From NCBI GenBank assembly GCA_949127925.1, contig CASBQX010000042.1:1-32648 (forward strand): a DNA stretch of 32,648 bases, in the 5' to 3' direction. The DNA is from Synechococcales cyanobacterium PMM_0002 (GTDB lineage Bacteria; Cyanobacteriota; Cyanobacteriia; Elainellales; Elainellaceae). The notes below the pieces were generated by a model. That model was not told the DNA's origin. It saw only the letters and a program-made list of their open reading frames with translations, and searched no databases. The stretch's first letter is position 1. Each line of letters begins with the position of its first letter. Positions 16,799 through 25,876 of the stretch are shown one piece after another. The position numbers and the translations under genes were made by a program.

Positions 16799-17318
16799 AA
16801 ATATCGCTTAGTTTAGAGCGGGGCGGAGGCAGATGGGTCGTTTAATGGGCAAAATTTGGTGGTGGAACTTTGGCTCGTGGTACAATAGTACAAACATACT
16901 AGTTCTTGTCTGCTCAATTGTCCCGATTAGGGGTTGAATGCCTTGGAGGAACGGTATAGGTGAGGAACTCCAGATTTACGTCTGAGGCCAATCATTCACC
17001 TCTTGTTGATGTCTGTCGTTGCTAGCTGCTATCAAGTGCAGAGCTGTTTAGAAGTGTGAAAACTTTGCTTTTACATTCCTAAGCAGCATTCTGCCCCACC
17101 GTGTCCATTTATAACTATTGATGATGCCGCTGTTAATGCTCCAGTTTTGCTGATGCGGCACATCAATATCTGTTTGGCCATTTGGGTTTAGGCTGAGAGG
17201 TTCGCAACCGGATGGCAGGCTGCGATCGCCCTTTCAAATCGCCCTGCCAATTCAGTTTAGACAACGACACCCCAGACAAGTTGGATATGCACTCCTTGCA
17301 AATGGCTTCTCATACTTC

Positions 17319-18641
17319 ATGAAGATTCAACCTCCACTTTTTCTGGCCGCTTGCTGTGTAGTTGTGGTAGGAATCACAACGTCGCCGCGTTCGTTTGGCA
17401 TTGAGCTGCCCACGCTGGCGAACGGCGTTCACATGCTCAGCCTCACCTCGACGACACCGCGATCGGGTATATTAGCTGCCCGCGATCTGCTGGCTGGCAT
17501 CAATGTCCGCACTGCTCCCAGCACACAGGCGACCATCGTCACCATGGCAAACCCCAACACAGCCGTGGCGATTTTAGCTGAAAGCCAGCGCCCTGATAGC
17601 GTGTGGTATCAGGTGAGGCTGGTCAGCACGGGTCAAGAAGGCTGGGTGCGAGGAGATTTGGTGCGGGTGCAAACGGCTAACACACTGGCTGATCCGACCA
17701 ATAGATTTTCTCCCGTTGTCACCAACCCTGCACCTGAACCCGACGTCATCGATAATGTCGGTAATCCCTATGGATTTCCTGATTACAGCTCTCCCCAACG
17801 TCCCGTCACCCCATCTCCACAGCCGGGGGCGATCACAACGGCTCCTAGGACTCCCCCAAGGCGAGAGTTGGTGTTTGGCGCGACCCAGCCAAGTTCAACG
17901 ACTGCCACCCCGCAGCCAGCGATCGCCACCCCTGGGGTAGGCGGAGCAGCCCCTGCCCCTGAAGTCAATACCGTAACCGATCGGGTCAGCACCTTGTTAA
18001 ACCCAAGGCGATCGCAGCCCAATCAATTTACCCAGGCGCAAGTTGATTATTTTATGGAAGTGGCGCTGGGGACAGAATGGGGCACCTCTAATCAGCTCAT
18101 TCGCAAGTGGACTCAGAATGTCCGAATTAAGGTTTCTGGCACTCGTACCAGTGAAGACAACGCCACCATTAATCGGGTTATTGGGGAGCTAAACGAGCTG
18201 ATTAGTGGCAGTGGTGTGCAGCTAACGCTTGACAACAACAATCCTAATGTTGAAATTATCTACGCTCCTGAAACAGACTTTAGTCGGCTAGAGCCAAACT
18301 ACGTACCGGGTAATTTGGGATTCTTTAGAACGTCTTGGAATGCAGGCGTCTTAAACCACGCCAAAATTTTGGTCACAAGCACCAACCGTGTCACCCAGCG
18401 CGAGCGCAGTCACCTGCTGCGAGAAGAACTGACTCAGGTGATGGGATTAGTACGAGATTCTTGGCGCGACCAGAACAGCATTTTTTACCAGGGCTGGACA
18501 GATGTGAATCAGTACACCGACGACGATCGAGCAGTTATCCAAATCCTATACCTAAGCAATATTCGTCCTGGGATGTCGCGATCGCAGGTCGTCAGTACAC
18601 TTCAGGCAGTCTCAGCCCAACGCCAAGCATCGTCCAACTGA
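17319..18641 (+). CDS. Secreted protein: N-terminal SH3b domain, Pro-rich linker, C-terminal DUF2927-like domain
   Basis: 440 aa with a signal-like N-terminus. The SH3b unit is INVRTAPSTQATIV...SVWYQVRL..GQEGWVRGDLV. The C-terminal ~200 aa (QVDYFMEVALGTEWG...IRKW...VRIKVSG...HLLREELTQVMGL) resembles DUF2927. That assignment is from memory and is tentative. Confidence 0.6.
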   Translation: MKIQPPLFLAACCVVVVGITTSPRSFGIELPTLANGVHMLSLTSTTPRSGILAARDLLAGINVRTAPSTQATIVTMANPNTAVAILAESQRPDSVWYQVRLVSTGQEGWVRGDLVRVQTANTLADPTNRFSPVVTNPAPEPDVIDNVGNPYGFPDYSSPQRPVTPSPQPGAITTAPRTPPRRELVFGATQPSSTTATPQPAIATPGVGGAAPAPEVNTVTDRVSTLLNPRRSQPNQFTQAQVDYFMEVALGTEWGTSNQLIRKWTQNVRIKVSGTRTSEDNATINRVIGELNELISGSGVQLTLDNNNPNVEIIYAPETDFSRLEPNYVPGNLGFFRTSWNAGVLNHAKILVTSTNRVTQRERSHLLREELTQVMGLVRDSWRDQNSIFYQGWTDVNQYTDDDRAVIQILYLSNIRPGMSRSQVVSTLQAVSAQRQASSN

Positions 18642-18658
18642 AGCCTTGGCAACCTTCT

Positions 18659-18686
18659 GTAGAGACGTGATTAATCGCGTCTCTAC
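18659..18686. repeat. Palindromic element GTAGAGACGTGATTAATCGCGTCTCTAC
   Basis: 28-nt near-perfect palindrome between convergent genes. It lies 17 nt past the + gene stop and 16 nt past the extended minus-strand gene stop (TAG at 18703-18705). Confidence 0.85.
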
Positions 18687-18702
18687 CTACAGATCGCAGA
18701 AC

Positions 18703-19758
18703 CTAATTCACCCAGTCAGCCGAAACCCAGCCGCCATCGGTAATTTGGTACCAGCCAGCAGAGTAGCTTCTGTAAGGAACAGAGCTGCCATTTGCCAAAA
18801 AGGCAACTGCGCTGTGCCCAATGCCAGGATCTGATCACACAACCGAATCACCGCCGTTAGTGGATCCGGTGAGGAAGCCTGAGCTACCAGGTTCACTACC
18901 ACCACCAAAGTCACCATTACCGGAGGTGCTTAGCCAATCCATTGAAACCCAGCCGCCGCCAGATAGCTGTCCCCAGCCGCCGGAAGTTCTCACGATTGCG
19001 ATGGAACTGCCACTGCTTAGAGAATCGACCGCGGCAAAGTCGAGTCCAGGGCCACTGCGTACAGTTAATGGGCTGCCATTTGTAGAAACAAGGTAGCCGC
19101 CACCGCTGCCCCTATCACCACCAGGGCCACCGATACCACCAGAACCGCTCAGCCAGTCAGACGCAACCCAACCGCCACCCCTAATTTGTGACCAACCGCT
19201 AGATTGGCTAACGACGGTAACCGCAGTGCCATTGGCCAAAAAATCGATGGCGGCAAAGCCATTACCAGGGCCAGAGCGAATGGTGAGGGCGCTGCCATTC
19301 GTGCTAACAAAGCCGATTCCGCCACCACCAACATCACTGCCAGTATTGCCACAGCTATTGCCGACTAGGAAGGGGCTGTCAGAATTCTCGGCGTCGCCTA
19401 GACCCAAAGCGTCTGCGGTTCGAGGTCCCACTATGCCATCGGCAAACAAACCTCTACTGGATTGAAATCTCCGGACAGCGCTTAAGGTGCCAGAACCAAA
19501 CGTGCTGTCGATGCCCCCAGGGCTATAACCGGCCCTGGTGAGAGCCGCTTGAACATCGCTTACGGCTGGACAAACATCACCCAAGCGTACAGACGCTTCG
19601 GCGTTGGGGGCAGTACCGACTACAGCCGCAAGAACTACAGCTGTCGACATTGCTCCTACCCAGGCAGAACTGGGAATTGCCAGGTTGATCTGTAATTCGG
19701 GAGCCGGATTGGGGTCTTCGTAAGCCACTGCGGCATGGGTAAATGCTAGTGTTTCCAT
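18703..19758 (-). CDS. Peptidoglycan-binding (PG_binding_1) protein with three SH3b repeats, the third interrupted by an in-frame TGA at 18835-18837
   Basis: The track ORF 18835..19758 has an N-terminal module, a TM segment, DVQAALTRAGYSPGGIDSTFGSGTLSAVRRFQSSRGLFADGIVGPRT (PG-binding), and two SH3b units. After the TGA the same frame continues for 43 codons (SDPGIGHSAVAFLANGSSVPYRSYSAGWYQITDGGWVSADWVN) to TAG at 18703-18705, which completes a third SH3b unit. Confidence 0.8.
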
Positions 19759-21047
19759 TGAATCTCCTCACTCGCGTTGTACGAGTTTTCAGGTTGACAG
19801 ACATGTGAGATTAAGCAAATCGGCGTCCATATAATCCAAACTTAAAAGCGTTATGCTGCCTGCAAAGCAGAGAATACAACACTTGCAAAACGTTTGATGA
19901 CCGACGGCTCTTGGCTCTTCAGGATTCTCTATGCTGGTTTTGCTGGACTTAACGAGTTTTCAGAGCTTTCAGCCCCGTCGCACAGCCCCAAAATGTTCGC
20001 TATAAACATTTGCATACAAGATCCTATAGAGCCCGGCTCTTTCTACTTAAAACTTAAGAGCTGGTCAAATGCAGGCCAGCTATAAGATCTCTCTATTGAT
20101 ATATGAGCCCACTGGTGTATGAGCAGCCCTGAGTTTCTGCCAATTTGGGCAGGAATCAGATTCTAAATTAGATCCTTTTAATGATCAATTTAAAAAACTA
20201 TGGTATCCCAAAAATTATCCGATGGAACCCAAGAACTAGGAAAGTTTCGCTTGAAAAATGTTACTTCGCTCCTTAACTAAGTATTACTCTCGTACTTTTG
20301 GCAACATGTACAGCTTTAATCAACCCAACATCAGACTGCTAGGATCAGTCTCTACCTAGATCATCTTTAACCGTAATTTTTCTGTTTATAGCAGAACCGC
20401 CTGAGTCGTTCAACCGTACCTAGAACCTGTCCTTGCTATGGCTTTTGGTCATTGATTATTTTACGTGCCTTTATAGGCTAGGGATTAAGTCTAAGAAGGC
20501 TGTCATCCCTAACAGGCAAGATGTAGCGAGGCTGGTGCCTTTGTACTAAGCATAAGTTCTCTCGACGATAGTCCTGTCTGTTGTGGCCATTAATCTATCT
20601 TTAGGAGGATGCATTTGAGGATTAAATTAATCTTGGTTTACCAACTTTTCCTAACTCTCTTGCCGATCAGGGTAAGCGCATCTCAAACCCTATTTACACA
20701 AAAGTTTTGGGGTTCATCCGAAACGCGAAGAAGTTCAAAAGTACTACATTGGGACGATGAGTGGGATTGACAATTTGGCTATTGTGTGGTGGAAATTTGT
20801 AAAAAGCTGTGCGTTCTCTGTTTTTCAATCATTTGTGTTAGTTTGTCCTGTTTTGAGTAGAAAGTTGGAAAAAATTAGAGTCTTGTACTTTTTATCTGTA
20901 TCAAAAAGTACAAAATTAGACGCGCTTACCCTGTCTTGCCGATACGGCATAGGCACATAACCTTATAGCTGAGAAAGAGCTAACTAGAACTAAAGGAAAA
21001 GTTAATTTTTGTTCACCGTATAATCTTTCTAGCTTATTCACTGCTTT

Positions 21048-21752
21048 ATGGAATATTTGAAGCTCTTGTTTATTCGCCATGCTGAATCGGTTGGGAACGT
21101 GCAACAACGGATGCAAGGACATGGGGAGTTTGAACTGTCGGTTCTAGGACAACAGCAGGCCGATCAGCTAGGTCGGCGGCTATGGGCAAAGTGGGGCGAG
21201 CCGACTCAAATCTACACCAGTCCGCTGAAACGGGCTGTCCAGACGGTGGAACGGGTTGTGGCGCTTGAACCCACCGCGCTATCCACTGCATCTGCCGCCA
21301 AGACCTATCAGATTACGGACGCCGACGATCTGAAGGAATTCCAAAACGGCATTTTTGCAGGACTAACTTGGGCAGAGGCGCGATCGCAACATCCTACCCT
21401 TTGCGCCGCGCTCGAAGCCTCGCCTGACTGGATTGCGGTACCGGGAGCCGAATCATTGCAGGATGCCTGGGATCGCGCCCAGCGGTTTATCCACCATCTT
21501 CTCACCCAGCACCGCAGCGGCGAAACGATTTGGATTATCACCCACAGCTGGATTTTGCAGCACTTAGTAGCATCTCTGATGGGATGCGATCGCACCTGGC
21601 AGATTGCTCCACACCACACCGCCATTTTTGAGTTTTGGATCGAGCGATCGCGCTGGCAGACCACCGACCATAATCGGCTTAACAGTGAGCTGTGGCAAAT
21701 TCGCCGATTTAACGACGACCAGCACTTAGATCACCGATTACGCCCTGAGTAA
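21048..21752 (+). CDS. Histidine phosphatase family protein (phosphoglycerate mutase-like)
   Basis: 234 aa with LLFIRHAESVGN (the RHG-type motif), TSPLKRAVQT and a distal ITHSWIL His. Confidence 0.8.
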   Translation: MEYLKLLFIRHAESVGNVQQRMQGHGEFELSVLGQQQADQLGRRLWAKWGEPTQIYTSPLKRAVQTVERVVALEPTALSTASAAKTYQITDADDLKEFQNGIFAGLTWAEARSQHPTLCAALEASPDWIAVPGAESLQDAWDRAQRFIHHLLTQHRSGETIWIITHSWILQHLVASLMGCDRTWQIAPHHTAIFEFWIERSRWQTTDHNRLNSELWQIRRFNDDQHLDHRLRPE

Positions 21753-22059
21753 GAGCAAAATAACGGAGGCGAAGGCAGCAGCGAGCAGGATAGAGAGCAG
21801 ATTAGTGAGGCATCAGATTTGTCCAGATATTGAATAGAGTCTAGGGGATATCTACTAAGACGCCTCTAGAAGTTGCTGGGTCACATCATCTGATCCCAAA
21901 TTCCCAAGTTGAGGTATGTTTATTAGTCTGAAGTAGTTAGGGGTAGTTAATTAAACTTTAATTTCGTTCAGCCTGCTTTTACTGGTGTATCGCATATATC
22001 GCAGATTGATGTTTCACACTTAGCCCTCTTAGCAAGATTTTTAACGAATCAACATCCTG

Positions 22060-22917
22060 ATGATGATGGAAACGGTGGATTCGATCGATGATATTTTCAG
22101 GCAGGCTCGCCAAGGCAGTGTTGCTGCAATTATTCAGATCTTGAACGAGAAACTGGCCGATTCTGGGGTTCGCACCCGCGCTGTGCTGGATCATGGAGTC
22201 TTGCAGCTTCTATGTGAAGCGCTTAGCCCTGAACAGCTTGAACAAACGCCTTTAGTAGAGCGGATTCGGCAAATTCTACAATCGATTAGCCCGCGCAATA
22301 TTCACCGGATTAATATTAGTAGTCGTCTGGTGCGAGAACAGCAGCTGATGTGGCTTCAGGAAGTCCAACGCGATCCGGATGGGCAACTGCTGTGGTCACA
22401 GGAGATTTTGCTATCTCGGTTGAACCCGTTGAAGCGATTAACCGAAGATTGGCACCATGCTCGGCTGCTGTCGATCGCCACTCCTGTGGCGAATGTACCC
22501 AAAGAGGCGATCGCCAATCAGCAATTTTGGCGCGGCATGATGATTGGCGGAGCCAGTCTCGGCCTGCTGCTGCTGCTAGTGGGTTGGGCGATGTTTGACT
22601 GGTTGGGGCTAACGCTACCTCCGCAAATCGGTGGCTCCAACGCTCAGGTTTCATCTGCACCATCTGCTAGCCCAAGCCCCACCGCCCCAGATCCGTTTGT
22701 GCAGGCAGTGCGTCTGGCCGAAGCGGCGGGGGTAGACGGCAGGGAAGCTGCCACCCGAGCAGAATGGCTAGATCTAGCTAGCCGCTGGCAGCGCGCTTCC
22801 GACCTAATGGACAGCGTGATCCCAAACGATAATCGGTTTGCCACGGCTCAAAACCGAGCCAAAGTTTATCAAGATAACAGTCGAACTGCTCTGCAAAAAG
22901 CTGATAGCCTACGGTAG
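22060..22917 (+). CDS. Hypothetical single-pass membrane protein
   Basis: 285 aa with three consecutive ATGs at the start. It has a soluble N-terminal ~160 aa, one TM segment (MMIGGASLGLLLLLVGWAMFDW) and a C-terminal ~100 aa Ala-rich region. No domain recognised. Confidence 0.55.
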   Translation: MMMETVDSIDDIFRQARQGSVAAIIQILNEKLADSGVRTRAVLDHGVLQLLCEALSPEQLEQTPLVERIRQILQSISPRNIHRINISSRLVREQQLMWLQEVQRDPDGQLLWSQEILLSRLNPLKRLTEDWHHARLLSIATPVANVPKEAIANQQFWRGMMIGGASLGLLLLLVGWAMFDWLGLTLPPQIGGSNAQVSSAPSASPSPTAPDPFVQAVRLAEAAGVDGREAATRAEWLDLASRWQRASDLMDSVIPNDNRFATAQNRAKVYQDNSRTALQKADSLR

Positions 22918-22953
22918 GTCAGGTTTTCTAGAGCAATCCACTATTTTTTACCC

Positions 22954-23439
22954 ATGCCCCTCAGAATTGGTAATGGCTACGATATCCACCGTTTGGTGGG
23001 CGATCGCCCCTTAATCCTAGGCGGGGTGACGATTCCGCACGACCTCGGCCTGCTGGGGCACAGCGATGCCGATGTCTTGACTCACGCCATCATGGATGCG
23101 CTGCTGGGTGCCCTCAGCCTAGGGGACATTGGCTACTATTTTCCCCCGACCGATCCCCAATGGGCCGGAGCCGATAGCCTCAAATTACTAGAGCAAGTCG
23201 ATCAATTAATTCATCACAAAGGCTGGCAAATTGGCAATTTAGACACCGTGATTGTGGCGGAACGACCCAAACTCAAACCCCACATCGCCACCATGCGCGA
23301 TCGCCTCGCCGCCGTGCTCCACCTCGACCCCGAGCAAATTGGCATCAAAGCCACCACCAACGAAAAACTTGGCCCTGTTGGCCGCGAAGAAGGCATCGCC
23401 GCTTACGCCGTAGCGCTTTTGGTGAAGGATGAAGGGTGA
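22954..23439 (+). CDS. ispF: 2-C-methyl-D-erythritol 2,4-cyclodiphosphate synthase
   Basis: 161 aa. [50 protein letters not shown] matches IspF along its full length. The last codons and the TGA stop lie inside the heptamer array. Confidence 0.95.
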   Translation: MPLRIGNGYDIHRLVGDRPLILGGVTIPHDLGLLGHSDADVLTHAIMDALLGALSLGDIGYYFPPTDPQWAGADSLKLLEQVDQLIHHKGWQIGNLDTVIVAERPKLKPHIATMRDRLAAVLHLDPEQIGIKATTNEKLGPVGREEGIAAYAVALLVKDEG

Positions 23440-23536
23440 AGGATGAAGGATGAGGGATGAAGGATGAGGGATGAAGGATGAGGGATGAAGGATGAGGGAT
23501 GAAGGATGAGGGATGAAGGATGAGGGATGAGGGATG
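23421..23536. repeat. Heptanucleotide tandem array (GGATGAR, about 16.5 units, mostly alternating GGATGAA/GGATGAG)
   Basis: 116 nt of ggtgaag gatgaag ggtgaag gatgaag gatgagg gatgaag ... gatgagg gatg. The purine-rich strand is on +. The array overlaps the ispF 3' end. Confidence 0.95.
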
Positions 23537-23663
23537 CTGCTGGGGAGCCGTAGATGAGAGATGCATGGAGGGGAGAAAAGAGGTTGGGGCGATCGCCAAT
23601 TCCTCTATCATGTTCCTATCTCCCCTGCGAACCCTACTCTTTACATCTCTCACTCCACCCCCC

Positions 23664-23705
23664 TTCATCCCTCATCCTTCCGCCTTCATCCTTCATTCCT
23701 CCCCC
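23664..23705. repeat. Heptanucleotide array in inverse orientation (YTCATCC, 6 units, degenerate)
   Basis: ttcatcc ctcatcc ttccgcc ttcatcc ttcattc ctccccc, followed by T and then ATG (23707). It is complementary to the array at 23421-23536. Confidence 0.85.
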
Positions 23706-23706
23706 T

Positions 23707-24252
23707 ATGGTTTACGAACCGCCTCAGCGCATCAAGCAACGCCTGCTCTATCAGGGACGCAAGTTTAGTTTTGAAGTTAGCCATCTGCGCCTGCCCAATG
23801 GGTCGGAGGGCGACTGGGAATGTATTCGGCATCCGGGTGGGGCGCTGGCGGTGCCCGTGACGCCAGAGGGGAAGCTGGTGATGGTGCGGCAATATCGGTT
23901 TGCCACCTCGCGGCGATTGCTCGAATTCCCGGCGGGCACTCTAGAACCCGGAGAAGATCCGTTGGCCACTATCCAGCGAGAAATCGAAGAAGAAACAGGC
24001 TATCGTGCCCACAGCTGGCAGAGGCTAGGACAGTTCTTCCTGGCTCCTGGCTATTCCGATGAGGTGATTTACGCCTATCTAGCCCAGGACTTAGAAAAGC
24101 TAGAACATCCGCCTGCGCAAGACGATGATGAAGATATCGATACGGTCTTGATCACGCCTCAAGAGTTAGAGCAAGCCATCTTAGACGGCGAAGCAGTAGA
24201 CGCTAAGTCTATTACTAGCCTGCTGCTGGCTCGCCAGTTGCTAAAGCTCTAA
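23707..24252 (+). CDS. NUDIX hydrolase (ADP-ribose pyrophosphatase-like)
   Basis: The Nudix box is GTLEPGEDPLATIQREIEEETGY. The start is placed at MVYEPPQRIKQRLLYQGRKF. The 51 codons upstream in the track ORF (from 23554) are translated repeat and spacer and are not credible. Confidence 0.85.
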   Translation: MVYEPPQRIKQRLLYQGRKFSFEVSHLRLPNGSEGDWECIRHPGGALAVPVTPEGKLVMVRQYRFATSRRLLEFPAGTLEPGEDPLATIQREIEEETGYRAHSWQRLGQFFLAPGYSDEVIYAYLAQDLEKLEHPPAQDDDEDIDTVLITPQELEQAILDGEAVDAKSITSLLLARQLLKL

Positions 24253-24307
24253 AACTTTAGAGGCTAAAACTCTAGATCATTGCTGGACTTTTTGAAATTT
24301 ATCTCCC

Positions 24308-25750
24308 ATGGCCAACCCTATCCTCTTCTGGCACCGCCGAGATCTGCGGATTTCGGACAATATTGGCTTGGCTGCGGCGCGACAGCGTAGCCCCAAGGTG
24401 GTGGGGGTGTTTTGCCTCGACCCTGGGATTTTGCAGCCTGATGATGTGGCTCCAGCTCGGGTGGCCTATATGCTGGGCTGCTTGCGTGAGTTGCAGGAAG
24501 CCTATGCCAAAGTTGGCAGTCAGCTGCTGGTGTTACAGGATGCTCCGGCAGTGGCACTACCCAAGCTAGCGATCGCCCTCCAAGCTAGTGCAGTCCTGTG
24601 GAATCGCGATGTGGAACCCTATGGGCGATCGCGCGATCGCACCGTGGCAGAGGCATTGCGGCAGGCGGGGGTGGAGGTGCAGGCCGAGTGGGATCATCTG
24701 CTGCATACCCCCAAAGAAATTTTTACCGGAGCCGGTTCCCCCTATACGGTCTACACGCCGTTTTGGCGCAACTGGAGTGCCAAACTCAAGGCCGAACCTG
24801 TGCCCGCTTTGGTGCAGGCAGTTGGGCTGACAGACGCAGAGCTAGCAACCGCTCAGCAGGCAGGGGCGATCGCCCTACCCACGGCAGAACAGCTCGGGTT
24901 TGCCTGGGACAGCCCATTTTTGCTAGCACCCGGTGAAACAGCGGCTCAAGAGCGGCTAGAGGAATTTTGCTCCCAAGCTGTTTTTAGCTACCAGGAGCAG
25001 CGCAATTTTCCGTTTACCGACGGCACCTCTAGCCTGAGTGCAGCGCTTAAGTTTGGGGCAATCGGCATCCGCACCGTGTGGGCAGCAACGGTTAGCGCTC
25101 TGGAGCAAACACGCAGCGACGAGGCTCAAGCGGGCATTCGCGTTTGGCGGCAAGAACTAGCATGGCGCGAGTTTTATCAGCATGTGATGTACAGCTTTCC
25201 AGAACTGGCAGACGGGCCGTATCGTCAACCGTTCAAAGATTTTCCTTGGACAAATAACCCCAACCAGTTTCAGGCATGGTGTGACGGCAAAACGGGTTAT
25301 CCCATTGTCGATGCCGCCATGCGTCAGCTCAACGAAATCGGCTGGATGCACAACCGCTGCCGGATGATTGTCGCCAGTTTCCTCACCAAAGACCTGATCA
25401 TTGACTGGCGCTGGGGCGAGAAATATTTTATGCAGCGGCTGGTAGATGGTGACCTCTCTGCCAACAATGGCGGCTGGCAGTGGAGTGCGTCGAGTGGCAT
25501 GGACCCCAAGCCCTTGCGAATTTTTAACCCTGCCAGCCAAGCACAGAAATTTGACCCCGACGCCGAATACATTCGCGAATGGCTGCCAGAACTGCGCAGT
25601 CTAGACACTGAGCTGCTGGTCACCGGGATAATTCCGGCAGGCGATCGCCGCGCGTGCAGTTACCCAGCCCCAATCGTCGATCACAAAAAGCAACAGGCGC
25701 TGTTTAAGCAACTCTACGCCGAGGCGAAAGCGCGCGCCAGCAATGCGTAA
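24308..25750 (+). CDS. phr: Deoxyribodipyrimidine photo-lyase (class I CPD photolyase)
   Basis: 480 aa with [14 protein letters not shown]..., the FAD-binding region WREFY...[13 protein letters not shown]...[15 protein letters not shown]...[13 protein letters not shown], and the full photolyase/cryptochrome layout. Confidence 0.93.
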   Translation: MANPILFWHRRDLRISDNIGLAAARQRSPKVVGVFCLDPGILQPDDVAPARVAYMLGCLRELQEAYAKVGSQLLVLQDAPAVALPKLAIALQASAVLWNRDVEPYGRSRDRTVAEALRQAGVEVQAEWDHLLHTPKEIFTGAGSPYTVYTPFWRNWSAKLKAEPVPALVQAVGLTDAELATAQQAGAIALPTAEQLGFAWDSPFLLAPGETAAQERLEEFCSQAVFSYQEQRNFPFTDGTSSLSAALKFGAIGIRTVWAATVSALEQTRSDEAQAGIRVWRQELAWREFYQHVMYSFPELADGPYRQPFKDFPWTNNPNQFQAWCDGKTGYPIVDAAMRQLNEIGWMHNRCRMIVASFLTKDLIIDWRWGEKYFMQRLVDGDLSANNGGWQWSASSGMDPKPLRIFNPASQAQKFDPDAEYIREWLPELRSLDTELLVTGIIPAGDRRACSYPAPIVDHKKQQALFKQLYAEAKARASNA

Positions 25751-25762
25751 AGCAGACTCTCG

Positions 25763-25832
25763 TTCCCAGCCTCCTGGCTGGGAATGCTGGCTAGCGGCTC
25801 TGCCGCTTCATCACAGAGGAGGCAGAGCCTCC
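25763..25832. repeat. Hairpin-forming dispersed-repeat cluster between convergent genes
   Basis: TTCCCAGCC-tcct-GGCTGGGAA is at 25763-25784. GGCTCTGCC (25796-25804) pairs with GGCAGAGCC (25821-25829), and GGAGGC-aga-GCCTCC is nested at 25818-25832. A related half-site, gttcccaagcagagcctgagg, follows. Confidence 0.75.
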
Positions 25833-25876
25833 GAATCTACGTTCCCAAGCAGAGCCTGAGGAGGGAGGCTGTTGCT

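Noticed and set aside
18646-18917. ORFs 18646-18834 (+) and 18708-18917 (-)
   Set aside because: They overlap the in-frame continuation of the SH3b protein in other frames or on the other strand. The SH3b-frame similarity explains this DNA better.
20757-21122. ORFs 20757-20960 (+) and 20916-21122 (-) in the AT-rich island
   Set aside because: They have no start context. One is antisense to the 5' end of the histidine phosphatase gene. Their composition is not protein-like, and they are treated as non-coding.
23421-23536. CRISPR array hypothesis for the tandem repeats here and at 8524-8607 and 32481-32563
   Set aside because: The units are 7-12 nt or palindromic and contiguous, with no unique spacers. 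There is no leader and no cas genes in the window.
23345-23860. ORFs 23345-23668 (-), 23520-23768 (+), 23561-23860 (+) and the 23554 start of the NUDIX ORF, rich in [13 protein letters not shown]-type peptides
   Set aside because: They are produced by translating the heptamer arrays and the spacer. They have no start context or conservation logic, and the NUDIX protein begins at 23707.
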